DNA of 64,000 bases from Squalus acanthias. Its lineage: Eukaryota. Within the stretch, counting starts at the first letter, position 1. Each line of letters opens with the position of its first letter. The position numbers were made by a program, and so were the translations under genes. Of this stretch, positions 39,071 to 51,796 are shown piece after piece. Below the pieces are notes generated by a model. The model saw nothing but the letters and a program-made list of their open reading frames with translations. It searched no databases and was not told the origin of the DNA. The DNA lies in NCBI GenBank assembly GCA_030390025.1, contig CM059431.1, positions 155,374,001 to 155,438,000 of the forward strand. Direction: 5' to 3'.

Positions 39071-40113
39071 TATGACTCCAGCAGTGGAAACCTTTTCCCC
39101 GATTCCAATTAACTTCAGTTTTACTAGGGCTCCTGGATGCGACACTCGTTCAAATGCTGCCTTGATGTCAATGGCAGTCACTTTCAACTCACCTCTGGAA
39201 TTCAACTCTTTTTTCCATGTTGGGACCAAATATGTAATGGGATCTGGAGCCGAGTGGTCCTGGCAGAACCCAAACTCAGCATCAGTGAGCAGGTTATTGG
39301 TGATTAAGTGCCGCTTGTTAGTACCGTTGACGACACCTTCATCATTTTGCTGATGATTGAGAGTCGACTGATGAGTTGGTAATTGGAAGGATTGGATTTG
39401 TTCGAATTTTTGTGTACAGGATGTACCTGTTAAATTTTCCACATTGTCGGATAGATGCCTGTGTTTAAGCTGTAATGGAACAGCTTGGCGAGAGGCACGG
39501 CTAGTTCTAGAGCACAAATCTTCAGCACGACAGCCGGGATGTTGTCGGGCCCATAGCATTTGCTGTGTCCAATGCGCTCAGCCGTTTCTTGTTATCACGT
39601 GGAGTGAATCGAACTGGTTGAATACTGGCTTCTGTGAAGGTGGTGACCTCTGGAGGAGGCCGATATGGATCATCCACTCGGCAGGGCTAGCTGAAGTTGG
39701 TTGCAAACGCTTCAGCCTTGTCTTTTGCAGTCGCGTGCTGGACTCCGCTATCATTGAGGATGTGGATGTTCATGGAGCCCTCTCCACCCGTTAGTTGTTT
39801 AATGGTCCACCACCATTCAAGACTGGATGTGGCAGTACTGGAGAGCTTTAATCTGATCCGTTGATTGTGGGATCGCTTAGCTCCATCTACAGCATGCTGC
39901 TTCCACTGTTTAGCATGCATGTGGTCCTGTATTGCAGCTTCCCCAGGTTGGCACCTCATTTTTAGGTACGCCTGGTGCTGCTCCTGGCATACACTTCTGC
40001 ACTCATTATTGAACCAGGGTTGGTCCTCTGGCTTGATGGTAATGGCAGATTGAGGGAAATGCTGGGCCGTGAGGTTACAGATTGTGGTGGAATACAATTC
40101 TGCTGCTGCTGAT

Positions 40114-42124
40114 ACATAGATACATAGTTACATAGAAGATAGGAGCAGGAGTAGGCCATCCGGCCCTTCGAGCCTGCTCCGCCATTTAATGAGATCATGG
40201 CTGATCCTCCAATTCAGTATCCCGTCCCCGCCTTCTCTCCGTAACCCTTAACCCCTTTTGCCTGTAGAAATATATCTAATTCCCTCTTAAATATATTTAA
40301 TGAGCTGGCGTACACTGCCCTCTGTGGCAATGAGTTCCACAGGTTCACCACCCTCTGAGTGAAGAAATTCCCCCTCATTTCTGTCCTAAATGGTTTAGCC
40401 CTTATCCTTAAATTATGTCCTCTAGTTCTGTTCTCACCCGCCAAGGGAAACATTCCTTCTGCATCTAGTCTGTCTAGACCAGTCAGAATTTTATACACTT
40501 CTATGAGGTCCCCTCTCAATCTTCTAAACTCCAGTGTGTACATCCCTAAACTACATAGTTTCTCCTCATAGGTCAATCCCGCCATTCCTGGTATCAGCCT
40601 GGTGAATCGCCGCTGCACCCCCTCCATGGCAAGAACATCTTTCCTCAGATGAGGCGACCAAAACTGTACACAGTACTCGAGGTGTTGTCTCACCAGTGCC
40701 CTGTACAGCTGCAGCAAGGTATCCCTGTTCCTGTATTCCAACCCATTTGCTATGAAAAACAGCATACCGTTTGCCTTCTTGACCGCCTGTTGCACCTGCA
40801 TGCTCGCCTTCAGTGACTGGTGTACAAGAACACCCAGGTCTCTCTGTACTTCCCCCTCTCCCAATTTATTGCCATTTAAATAATAATTTGCCCTCCCGTT
40901 CCTGCACCCAAGGTGGATAACTTCGCACTTGTCCACATTATAGTGCATCTGCCATTTATCCGCCCAATCACCCAGTCTGTCCAAATCGCTCTGGCGCTTC
41001 CTGGTCTCCTCCTCTGAGCCCACCCCCCCCCTCCTAGTTTAGTGTCATCTGAAAATTTGGAAATGCTGCATCCGACTCCCTGATCCAGGTCATTAATGTA
41101 AATTGTGAACAGCTGGGGACCCAGGACAGATCCCTGTGGTACCCCACTTGTTACTGACTGCCATTCAGAAAATGAGCCGTTTATTCCAACTCTCTGTTTT
41201 CTATCTGACAGCCAGTTCTCTATCCACGTCAATACTTTCCCCTTTATCCCATGAGCTTCAATTTAACATGCTAATCTTTTATGTGGGACCTTATCAAAGG
41301 CCTTTTGGAAGTCCAGGTACACCACATCTACTGGCTCTCCCCCATCTATTTTACCAGTTACTCCCTCAAAAAATTCCAATAGATTAGTCAAGCACGATTT
41401 ACCCTTTGTAAATCCATGTTGAGTCTGTCCTATCCTGTCCCCATTTGCTAAGTGCTCCGCTATTTCATCCTTAATGATGGACTCCAGGATTTTGCCCACA
41501 ACTGATGTAAGGCTTACAGGTCTGTAATTACCTGCTTTTTCCCTACCCCCCTTTTTGAATAGTGGGGTAACGTTAGCTACCCTCCAATCCATGGGCACTG
41601 TTCCCGAGTCTAATGAATTCTGAAAAATCATACTTAGTGCATCCGCTATCTCTAGGGCCACCTCCTTCAGTACCCTAGGATGCATGTTATCAGGCCCTGG
41701 GGATTTGTCCGCCTTCAATCCCTTCAGCTTCCTTAACACCATATCCTTAGAGATATTGACTTGCTTCAGTTCCTCCTTTGCCAATGTCCCTATTTTTCCC
41801 GATATCCCAGGGAGGTTTTTTGTGTCTTCCTTCGTAAAGACTGACCCAAAGTATGCATTTAGTTGGTCTGCCATTTCCTTATTTCCCGTTATATATTCCC
41901 CCGTATCTTACTGCAATGGACCAACTTTGGTTTTCACCAGTCTTTCCCTCTTGATATACTTATAACAGCTTTTGGAGTTAGTTTTTATATTTTCCGCCAG
42001 CTTGCTTTCGTAAGCTATTTTGCCCCTCTTGATTAAGCCCTTTGTCCTCCTTTGCTCTATCTTAAACTGTTCCCAATCTTCCGCTCTGGCGCTTTTTTTG
42101 GCTACTGTATACGCCCTATCTTTG
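40114..42124 (-). mobile_element. 5'-truncated CR1 LINE
   Basis: Minus-strand ORFs 41263-41874, 40876-41232 and 40214-41023 carry RT motifs. Tail 'acatagatacatagttacatagaa'. Confidence 0.97.
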
Positions 42125-42559
42125 GATGCCCCATAGCGCCTCATGGATGCCCAGTTTCGTACTGCTGAATCTGTTCTGAATCTATCGCAGTTCGCACTGT
42201 GGTAGTGCCACACAACACGATGGCAGGGGTCTTCATTGGGAAGACAGAACTTCATCTCCACAATGACTGAGCGGTGTTCCCTTTTAACAATGCTATCATA
42301 GACAGATGCATCTGCGATATGTAAATTGATGAGGATGAAGTCAAGTAGATTTTTCCCTCCTGTTGGTTCACTTACCACCTGTCGCAGGTCCAGTCTGGCA
42401 GCTATGTCCTTCAGTGCTCGGCCAGCTCGGTCAGTATTGGTGTTACCGAGCCACTCTTGTCGATGGACATTGAAGTCCCCTACTCAGAATACATTCTGTG
42501 CCCTTGCCACTCTCAGTGCTTCTTCCAACTGATGTTCAATATGGAGGAGCACTGATTAA

Positions 42560-43990
42560 AATGAGAGCTAGGTCGTTCAGGTGTGATGTCAGGAAGCATT
42601 TCTCCGCAAAGTCGGAACTTTCTCCTTCAAAAAACTGTTGAGGCATGGTCAATTGAAAATGTAAAAACTGAGATTATGGAGCTCAGGCGGGTAGATGGAG
42701 TTAAGATACAGATTGACAATGATCTAATTGAATGGCGGGAGAGGCTCGAGTGCCGTAATGGCCTATATCTATTCCGATGTTCGTATCCTCTTTCTCTATG
42801 CACTTGCAAGAGTCACAAGCAATATTTCACGAAGAATTACATTGGTAGACCTTCGCTTAAGATTCCTTCCTGATACCCTAAATTTAGCATGAAGGACCTC
42901 TGGTCTCCTTTTACTTGTTATTCTTTCCCTGATTTACACAACATTTCGTTCCTCCCTCTGCTCCCTGTAGCAGTTTGCCAATCCGGGATGACAGATCGTC
43001 AATCCGTGTACCTTTCTTTTTAGACTCCTGTTCTATAACCATATTTATTCCCTTTCCATCAAAGTCCTCCCTTACTTTATTTTCTCCTATGCTCTCTTTG
43101 CCTGGTTCGTTTATAATTAGGCTTGTTACGTTTTTTTAGCTCCCTCACCGATCTTACTAGTTTACAGCCTTTGAATCCTACCTATTTAGCGTTTCTGCTA
43201 GGACACATGTCCCATCCCAGTTCAGGTGGAGCCCGTCCCATCGGTACAGTTCCTTCTTGTCCCAGAACTGGTGCCGGTGTCCAATGAAATGGAACCTCTC
43301 TTTCCAATACCAGCCCTTTAGCCACGTGTTAACTCTCCTGCTCTGTCTGCTTCTATGGCAATTTGCACGTGGCTTGGGCTATAATCCAGAGATTATTACC
43401 CTCGAGGTCTTGCTTTTTAATTTAGAGCCTAAATCCTGATATTTTTCAGCAGGATCACCTCCCTGTTCCTACCTATGTCTTTTGTTCCAGTATGGACCGC
43501 GCCAACGGGCTTTACCACCTCCATTTCCAAGTTCCTCTTCAGCCGCTGTGAGATATCCCTTAACCTGGCACCAGGTCCGCAACACATCTTTCAGGATCCT
43601 CGTTCTTGGTTGCAGAGGACGCTATTTATCCCCCTAATTATAGAGTCCCATATCACTAACACATTTCTATTCTGATCTTCCCCCCCGCCCGCACCCCCTC
43701 TTTACCAGACTTCTGAGCCACGGGGCCTTGGTCTGTATTGTGGCTGTCATTCCTGCTGTCTTTCTACTTGTGCTCACTTGTAGCGTGTATTTCGTTCCTG
43801 TTACAGAGGACAAGCGTCTGTAGGAACTCCTTCTCAAACTCTCCTAAATCCACGCTACACGGCACCCTAGCAGTCACACCCCCCCTTCCTGTACTTGTGC
43901 TTTCCTCTGGGATGTGTCTGTATTCTGGATAAAGCTGTCCAGAAAATCCTACCCATCCCTTATGTTCGGAATGTCTCCAACTCGAAATAC
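42560..43990. mobile_element. Old CR1 fragments: plus-strand 3' end (42560-42790) and minus-strand ORF1 remnant (~43100-43990)
   Basis: CR1 3' UTR remnant. Minus-strand remnants of the esterase (DGLHL, FHWTPAPVLG region). Confidence 0.7.
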
Positions 43991-44079
43991 AGCTCAATGA
44001 CTCTGAGCCGGAGAGATTCGAGATGGATACATCTCCTGCAGACATGTTCGCTTGGGACAGGCCCGTTGACCACACACTC

Positions 44080-44081
<2 letters not shown>

Positions 44082-44113
<32 letters not shown>
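44082..44113. repeat. (AT)n microsatellite
   Basis: Read directly. Confidence 0.98.
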
Positions 44114-44115
<2 letters not shown>

Positions 44116-45335
44116 CAGCCTTGGTCCAAATATGGATAAAGAGCTGAATTCCAGGGGTGAGATGAGAGTGATTGTTCTTGACTTCAAGGCAGCATTTGAC
44201 CGAGTTTGGCATCAAGGACCCCGAGTAAAATTGAATTCAATGGAAATCAGTGGACAAATTCTCCACTGGCTGCAGTCATACCTAGAACAAAGGAACATGA
44301 TTGTGATTGTTGGAGGCCAACCATCTCAGCTCCAGAACATCGCTGCAGGAGTTCATCAGGGCAGTGTCCAAGGCCCAACCATCTTCAGCTGCTTCATCAA
44401 TGACCTTCCCTCCAAAATAAGGTCAGAAGTGAGGATGTTTGCTGATGATTGCACAGTGTTCCGTAATATTCACAACTGCTCAGAAAATGTAGCAGTCCAT
44501 GCCCACATGCGACAAGACCTGGACGACATTCAGTCTTGCGCTGATAAGTGTCAAAAGAATTTGCGCGCACAACTGCCAGGCAATGATCATCTCCAACAGG
44601 AGAGCGTCTTACCAAAGACCCTGCAGAAACAACGGCATTATCATTGCCTAACCTACCAACATCAACATCCTGGCGGGCACCATTGACCAGAAATTTAACT
44701 TGACCGTTCACATAAATAACCTAGCTACAAGAGCAGGTCAGAGGCTGGGTATCCTGCGGCGAATGTCTCATGTCCTAACTCCGCAAAGCCTCTCCACGAT
44801 CTACAAGGCAAAAGTATGAATCCTGATGGAATACTCGCCTCTTGCCTGGAAGAGTAGAGCTCCAACAATCAACCAGCTCGACACCATCCAAGACAAAGCA
44901 GCCAGCTTGATTGGTATCACATCCACCACCTTAAACATTCAATACCTCCACCACTGTCGTACTGTGGCTTCAGTGTGTACCATCCAGAAGATGCAATGCA
45001 GCAACTCGCCGAGGCTTTTTCGGCAGCACCTCCCAAACCCACGACCTCTACCACCTATAAGGACAAGGGCAGCTGGAGCTTAGCAAGACAATCACCTCTA
45101 ATTTCCCCTCCAAGTCACACACCATTCCTGACTTGGAAATATATCGCCGTTCCTTCATAGTCGCTGGGTCAAAATCCTGGAAATTGCTCCCTAACAGCAC
45201 TGTGGGAATATCTTCACCTCACGGATTGCACCTTTTCAAGAAGTCGGCTCACCATCACATTCTCAGAGGCAATTAGGGATAGGGATTAACTGCTGGCCTT
45301 GTCAGCGAAGCTCACATCCCAGGAACGGAAATCAA
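44114..45335 (+). mobile_element. 5'-truncated 'AFDRVWH'-type LINE
   Basis: LDFKAAFDRVWHQG, GVHQGSVQGP and MFADD. 3' end 'ctgctggccttgtcagcgaagctcacatccc'. Confidence 0.92.
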
Positions 45336-45724
45336 CTAGATCCAGCAGTTATTCCTTAGGTAAGGTTGATGACAGGATTCCTGTACTTACTGTAAAATCT
45401 CTATTCCCATTTTGTGTTTCACTGCCTCTCTTTGGCAATTTATTGAGGAGGCGTTAGATGAAATCTCCCATATTTATTATTGTAAGTATTTTACACATTT
45501 CATAGATTTGACTAAATATTTCTCCCTCCACTTCCCGCTCACTGTATGCCTCTGCAAACGCAATTTATTGCTTATTATATTGATTATAATTATTATTGCC
45601 TGCAGCAAAATAAAATGATAATGAAACATTTCCGAAAGGAACTTGGCGAATTTCGCTGCGGAGGCATTAATGCAGCCGTATTTTAAATGCAATTTGAACA
45701 TTTGCTCACACAAAAGTGATTCAT

Positions 45725-46085
45725 AAGAACATGATTACACATGAAATAGTAACAGCAGTCGGCCATTTGTCCGCTCGAACCTGCTCCGCCGTTCTATATG
45801 ATCATGGCTGATCTGAACTTGGCCTCACCTCCACTTCCCTGAACGCTCCCCATAAACCTTGACTCCCTTACCTTTCAAAAATATATCTATCCCCACCTTA
45901 AATATATTCAATGTCCCAGCCCCGCAGTTATCTGGGCTAGAGAATTCCACAGATTCACGACCCTCTGAGAGAAGAAATTCCTCCTGATTTTCGTTTTAAA
46001 TGGGCGAACCCTTATTCTGAAACTATGCCCCCTAGTTCTAGATTCCCCCACGAGTGGAAACATCCTCTCTGCATCTACCTGGTCA
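45725..46085 (-). mobile_element. CR1 3' fragment
   Basis: Reverse-complement CR1 3' UTR and C-terminus. Confidence 0.85.
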
Positions 46086-46405
46086 TGACAGGGGTAGGCG
46101 GTTGTGTCTCTATAAGCTCTTTGAATGATCTGTATCTGCCTTTAGCGAAAAACGCGTTTTATCCTCCTGACCGATAAACATAATAAATAGTAAAACAGGT
46201 CGGATTTTATCCATCATAACCGGCTAAATTAAACATTGAATTGATTACAACAGTACTGACGCGATTTCCTTCCAATGCCATTAAATTAGACATGGGGGTC
46301 TGTAGATATCACTTCGCTTTTATGATCGATGAAAACATTTTGACCAGTAGCACACACCAGAGCACACAGCATATCGTTGCGTGTTCAATTTAATATTTTC
46401 AGTAG

Positions 46406-46604
46406 AAACAATCGGCCTGGTCAGTATCTGAGACCCACAGGTGTCTCCAGGGACGTGGGTTCCTGCGATCTGTGCTTTGTGAGAAGGGAAAGACTAAACA
46501 TTTGCCGAGAAAGAAATATCAAAATCATCTTGCATCGAACCTTGCTTTGACCACCCTTGGAGAGCATGTGCAAAATTCTGGCGCTGATATTATATTAAAA
46601 GAAT
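46406..46604 (+). CDS. Candidate coding exon (199 nt, phase 0-1): KQSAWSVSETHRCLQGRGFLRSVLCEKGKTKHLPRKKYQNHLASNLALTTLGEHVQNSGADIILKE
   Basis: Non-TE island. Acceptor 'aatattttcagtag|' (needs the distal AG of a NAGNAG) and donor 'GAAT|gtatgt'. End phase fits exon A. Confidence 0.3.
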
Positions 46605-46813
46605 GTATGTCGAGTGAAGAAAAGAACTACGATGATACAATAACTGAGAGTTTATACTGGAAAATAAAAGGCTCAGGGAGACCTAATAGAAGTCTCTAAA
46701 ATTAATCCATGGTTTTGATTGGGTATGATGCGGAGATGCCGGTGTTGGACTGGGGTGGACAAAATTGAGAGGTCGCACAACACCAGGTTATAGTCCAACA
46801 GTTTTATTTGAAA

Positions 46814-46855
46814 TCACAAGCTTTCGGAGCTATCGATTGCCCCTTCCTCAGGTGA
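46814..46855 (-). ncRNA. Minimal hammerhead ribozyme motif in PLE pLTR
   Basis: UCAC-CUGAGGA-A-GGGGC(aaucgaua)GCUCC-GAAA-GC-UU-GUGA. Confidence 0.8.
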
Positions 46856-49800
46856 AGTAAATTAGATACAGAATCGCCAAAGCATATATAGATAGAGAAC
46901 AAAGCATGTGTACCTTACAATTGCAGACCACTAAATTAAATCATCCTGACTATCTGCCGAGTTGTGATAAAGTTAATCAAGTCAGCCAGGAAGGTACCAC
47001 ATCAAAGACATAGCAAGATACAACTGAGACAATGAGGTGTAGTCGCAGGGGTTCTAACGTGTCAAAAGCTGCCGTCTGTATGTAAAACTAAAAGCTTTAA
47101 AATTTTTACTTTTTTACTGGGAAAATTTTTACTTTTTTACTGGGAATCACATCTGTGAACAAGCCAACGACGACTCGAGTCCGGATCACGTCATGTATCG
47201 TGACATAAACCCAAGATCCCGGTTGAGACCGTCTTCATGAGTGCGGAACTTGGCTATCAGTTTCTGCTCGATGATTTTGCGTTGTCGTGTGTTTGTAAGG
47301 TTGCCTTGGAGAACGCTTACCCGCAGATCCGAGGCTGAATGTCCTTGACTGCTGAAGCGTTCCCCGACTGGGAGGTAACAATCCTGCCTGGCGATTGTTG
47401 CGTGATGCTCGTTCATACATTGTCTCAGTGTCTGCATGGTCTCGCCGATGTACCATGCCGCGGTGCATTCTGTTTTGTTGCAACGTATGAGGTAGACAAC
47501 GTTGGCCGAGTCACATGAGTATGTACCATTTACCTGGTGTTTAGTGTCCTCACGTGTGATGGTGGTATCTGTGTTGATGATCTGGCATGTCTTGCAGAGT
47601 TTGCCTTGGCAGGGTTGTGTGGTGTCGTGGTCGCTGTTATCCTGAAAGCTGGGTAATTTGCTGCGAACGATGGTACTTCTGAGGTTAGGCGGCTTTTTGA
47701 AGGCAAGTAGTGGAGGTGTGGGGATGGCCTTAGCGAGGTGTTTGTCGTCATCGATGACATGTTGAAGGCTGCGAAGAACATGGCGTAGTTTCTCCGCTCC
47801 GGGGAAGTACTGGACGATGTAGGGTACCCTGTTGGTTGTGTCCCGTGTTTGCCTTCTGAGGAGGTCTATGCGATTTTTCGCTGTGGCCCGTCGGAACTGT
47901 CGATCGATGAGTCGAGCGTCATATCCCGTTCTTACGAGGGCGTTTTTCAGCGTCCGATGGTGTCCATCGCAATCCTCCTCGTCTGAGCAGATCCTGTGTA
48001 TTTGCAGGGCTTGTCCATAGGGGATGGCTTATTTAACATGGTTAGGGTGGAAGCTGGAGAAGTGGAGCATCGTGAGGTTGTCCGTGGGCTTGCGGTAGAG
48101 TGAAGTGCTGAGGTGTCCGTCTTTGATGGAGATTCGTGTGTCCAGGAATGAAACCGATTCTGAGGAGTAGTCCATGGTGAGTTTGATGGTGGGATGGAAC
48201 TTCTTTATGTTATCGTGTAGTCTTTTCAGTGATCCTTCGCCATGGGTCCAAAGGAAGAAAATGTCGTCGATGTATCTGGTGTACAGCGTTGGCTGGAGGT
48301 CCTGTGCAGCGAAGAAGTCTTGCTCGAACTTGTGCATGAAGATGTTGGCGTATTGGGGTGCGAATTTGGTCCCCATGGCTGTTCCGTGTGTTTGGTTAAA
48401 AAAATGGTTGTCGAAGGTGAAGACATTGTAGTCAAGGATGAAGCGGATGAGTTGTAGGATGGCGTCTGGAGATTGGCTGTTGTTGATGTTGAGTACTGAG
48501 GCTGTTGCAGCGATGCCGTCATCGTGGGGGATACTGGTGTAGAGTGCCGATACGTCCATCGTGGCAAGGAGTGTTCCTGGTTCAACTGGTCCGTGGGTGC
48601 TGAGTTTCTGTAAGAATTCTGTAGTGTCGCGACAGAAGCTGGGGGTTCCCTGTACGATGGGTTTCAGAATGCCCTCAACGTATCCAGAGAGGTTCTCACA
48701 CAGGGTTCCATTGCCTGATACGATAGGACGTCCGGGTGTGTTGGCTTTGTGTATATTTGGGAGGTAGTAGAAGTCTCCCACGCGGGGAGTACGTGGGATG
48801 AGAGCGCGTAGGATGTTTTGAAGGTCTGGATCGAAGGTCTTGATCAGTCTATTGAGTTGGCGGGTGTGTTCTTTGGTCGGATCTGCGGGTAGCTGTCTGT
48901 AGTGTTCCTGGTTGTCCAGTTGTCGGTATGCTTCTTTACAATAGTCCGTTCAGTTCTGTATGACGATGGCTCCTCCTTTGTCCGCTGGTTTGATGACAAT
49001 GTTGCGGTTGGTCTTGAGAGCGTGGATGGCGTTGCGTTGTGCTCGGGTGACATTCTGGACTGTCTTGTGAGTGCGGCTGATGAATCTGGCGTTGATGCAT
49101 CTCCTGACAGCTTGAGCATACATGTCAAGCTTGGTGCAACGACCCTCCGGAGGGGTCCAGTTTGACTCTTTTTTCTTCGGTTGCTGCACTGCGAGTCCCT
49201 CTGTCTGCTGTTCTGGATCATTGATTGTCTCATTGGGATTGTTGCCGACATCTTGGGATTTGTGGAATTATTCCCGGAGCCTCATTCTCCCGATGAATTC
49301 CTCCGTGTCTGCCGCGAGACCGATGGGGTCCATTTTGGTGGTTGGGCAGAACGTGAGCCCTAGGGCGAGAACTTCGATTTCGTCTGGTTGCCTACGTCGT
49401 CCAGTACTTCCCCGGAGCGGAGAAACTACGCCATGTTCTTCGCAGCCTTCAACATGTCGTCGATGACGACAAACACCTCGCTAAGGCCATCCCCACACCT
49501 CCACTACTTGCCTTCAAACAGCCGCCTAAACTCAGAAGTACCATCGTTCGCAGCATTTACCCAGCTTTCAGGATAACAGCGACCACGACACCACACAACC
49601 ATGCCAAGGCAAACTCTGCAAGACATGCCAGATCATCAACACAGATACCACCATCAAACGTGAGGACACTAAACACCAGGTACATGGTACATACTCATGT
49701 GACTCGGCCAACGTTGTCTACCTCATACGTTGCAGGAAAGAATGCACCGCGGCATGGTACATCAGCGAGACCATGCAGACACTGAGACAACGTATGAACG

Positions 49801-50354
49801 AGCACCGTGCAACAATCGCCAGGCAGGATTGTTACCTCCCAGTCGGGGAACACTTCAGCAGTCAAGGACATACAGCCTCGGATCTGCGGGTAAGCGTTCT
49901 CCAAGGCAACCTTAGAAACACACGACAACGCAAAATCATCGAGCAGAAACTGATAGCCAAGTTCCGCACTCATGAAGACGGTCTCAACCGGGATCTTGGG
50001 TTTATGTCACGATACATGACGTGATCCGGACTCGAGTCGTCGTTGGCTTGTTCACAGATGTGATTCCCAGTAAAAAAGTAAAAATTTTCCCAGTAAAAAA
50101 GTAAAAATTTTAAAGCTTTTCGTTTTACATACAGACGTCAGCTTTTGACACGTTAGAACCCCTGCGACTACACCTCATTGTCTCAGTTGTATCTTGCTAT
50201 GTCTTTGATGTGGTACCTTCCTGGCTGACTTGATTAACTTTATCACACCTCGGCAGATAGTCAGGATGATTTAATTTAGTGGTCTGCAATTGTAAGGTAC
50301 ACATGCTTTGTTCTCTATCTATATATGCTTTGGCGATTCTGTATCTAATTTACT

Positions 50355-50396
50355 TCACCTGAGGAAGGGGCAATCGATAGCTCCGAAAGCTTGTGA
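50355..50396 (+). ncRNA. Minimal hammerhead ribozyme motif in the inverted pLTR
   Basis: tcac-ctgagga-a-ggggc(aatcgata)gctcc-gaaa-gc-tt-gtga. Confidence 0.8.
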
Positions 50397-50757
50397 TTTC
50401 AAATAAAACTGTTGGACTATAACCTGGTGTTGTGCGACCTCTCAATTTTGATTGGGTAGACATAAAGTGGATTTTTCCAAATGAGGGCGAGACGAAATTG
50501 GGCCCCATAAACATAAGATGCTCACCAATAAATCGTGTATTGAATTCATGCGAACCTTCTTTTTCCACAAGTTAGTTTACACGTGGAACGAGTTAACACA
50601 ATGTGTAGTTGAGGCGACTGGCATAGATGTTTTTAAAGGGAAGAGAGATAAGCAGTTGAGGGAGAAAGGATAGATAGATATGCTGAAATAAAAAGAGGAA
50701 ATGCTGAAAATACTCAGCAGGTCAGGGGAGAGAGAAACAGTGTTCACGTTTCAAGTC

Positions 50758-51796
50758 ATGATGTGGAGATGCCGGCGTTGGACTGGGGTGGACAAAAATG
50801 AGAAGTCGCACAACACCAGGTTATAGTCCAACAGATTTATTTAATTTTACAAGCTTTCGGAGCTATCGCTCCTTCGTCAGGTAAGTTAGCAATGAGAGAA
50901 TCTCCCAGAATTCACAATTTAAACCCAGACAAAATCTATTCACATTATTCGCTACAACAAAGAGCACAGCCAAGACAATGAGATGTGTCGCAGGGGGTCC
51001 AGCGTGTCAAACCACCTGCTGGCTGCATATCCTGTCAATTTGTGTTCTTGTGTTTTTTAAAAAAAAACAAAAAAACAAAAAACAAAAAAAAAACAAAAAA
51101 AAAAAAACAAAAAAAAACACCTGGGAAGACCGGCCATGATGTCAAGTCACGTTCTGTATCGTGACATGAACCCGATATCGCGATTGAGGCCATCCTCATG
51201 AGTGCGGAACTTGGCTATCAGTTTCTGCTCTATGATTTTGCGCTGTCGTGTATCTCGAAGGCCGCCTTGGAGAACGCTTACCCGCAGATCCGAGGCTGAA
51301 TGCCCCTGGCTGCTGAAGTGTTCCCCGACTGGGAGGCAACCCTCCTGCCTGGCGATTGTTGCGCGGTGTCCGTTCATACGTTGTCTCAGTGTCTGCATGG
51401 TCTCGCCGATGTACCATGCTCTGGAGCATCCTTTACTGCAACGTATCAGGTAGACAACGTTGGCCGAGTCACATGAGTATGTACCGTGTACCTGGTGGGT
51501 AGTGTCCTCACGTGTAATGATGGTATCTGTGTCCATGATTTGGCATGTCTTGCAGAGGTTGCCGTGGCAGGGTTGTGTGGTGTCTTGGTTGCTGTTCTCC
51601 TGAAAGATGGGTAATCTGCTGCGAACGATGGTACTTTTGAGGTTAGGCGGCTGCTTGAAGGCGAGTAGTGGAGGCGTGGGGATGGCCTTAGCAAGGTGTT
51701 CGTCGTCATCGATGACATGTTGAAGGCTGCGAAGAACATGGCGTAGTTTTTCCGCTCCGGGGAAGTACTGGACGACGTAGGGTACTCTGTTGGTTG
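50758..51796 (-). mobile_element. Penelope-like element 3 (different subfamily, 5'-truncated): GIY-YIG, 3' UTR with an A-rich tract at 51059-51118, and tail
   Basis: ORF 51147-51536 contains NVVYLIRCSKGCSRAWYIGET. Same terminal tail as PLE 1 and PLE 2. Confidence 0.95.
50847..50884 (-). ncRNA. Minimal hammerhead ribozyme motif in PLE 3
   Basis: UUAC-CUGACGA-A-GGAGC(gaua)GCUCC-GAAA-GC-UU-GUAA. Stem I covaries relative to PLE 1. Confidence 0.85.

Larger units (their letters stand above)
37595..42555 (-). mobile_element. Degenerate LINE of a third family (CR1/Jockey group, 'AFDRVWH' type), interrupted by a SINE and a CR1
   Basis: Collinear pieces 37595-38644, 39071-40113 and 42125-42555: MFADD, KELNSRGELKVTAIDIKAAFERVSH, IKPEDQPWFN and EPTGGKNLLDFI. 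Poly-T (A tail) at the left end. Confidence 0.9.
46726..50445 (-). mobile_element. Penelope-like element 1: minus-strand body (46726-49390; RT plus GIY-YIG) with an inverted pLTR (49391-50445)
   Basis: GTAMG and RYIDD (RT); NVVYLIRC...WYIGET (GIY-YIG). TSD ttttgattgggta (46713-46725 / 50446-50458) within an old CR1 fragment. Confidence 0.96.
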
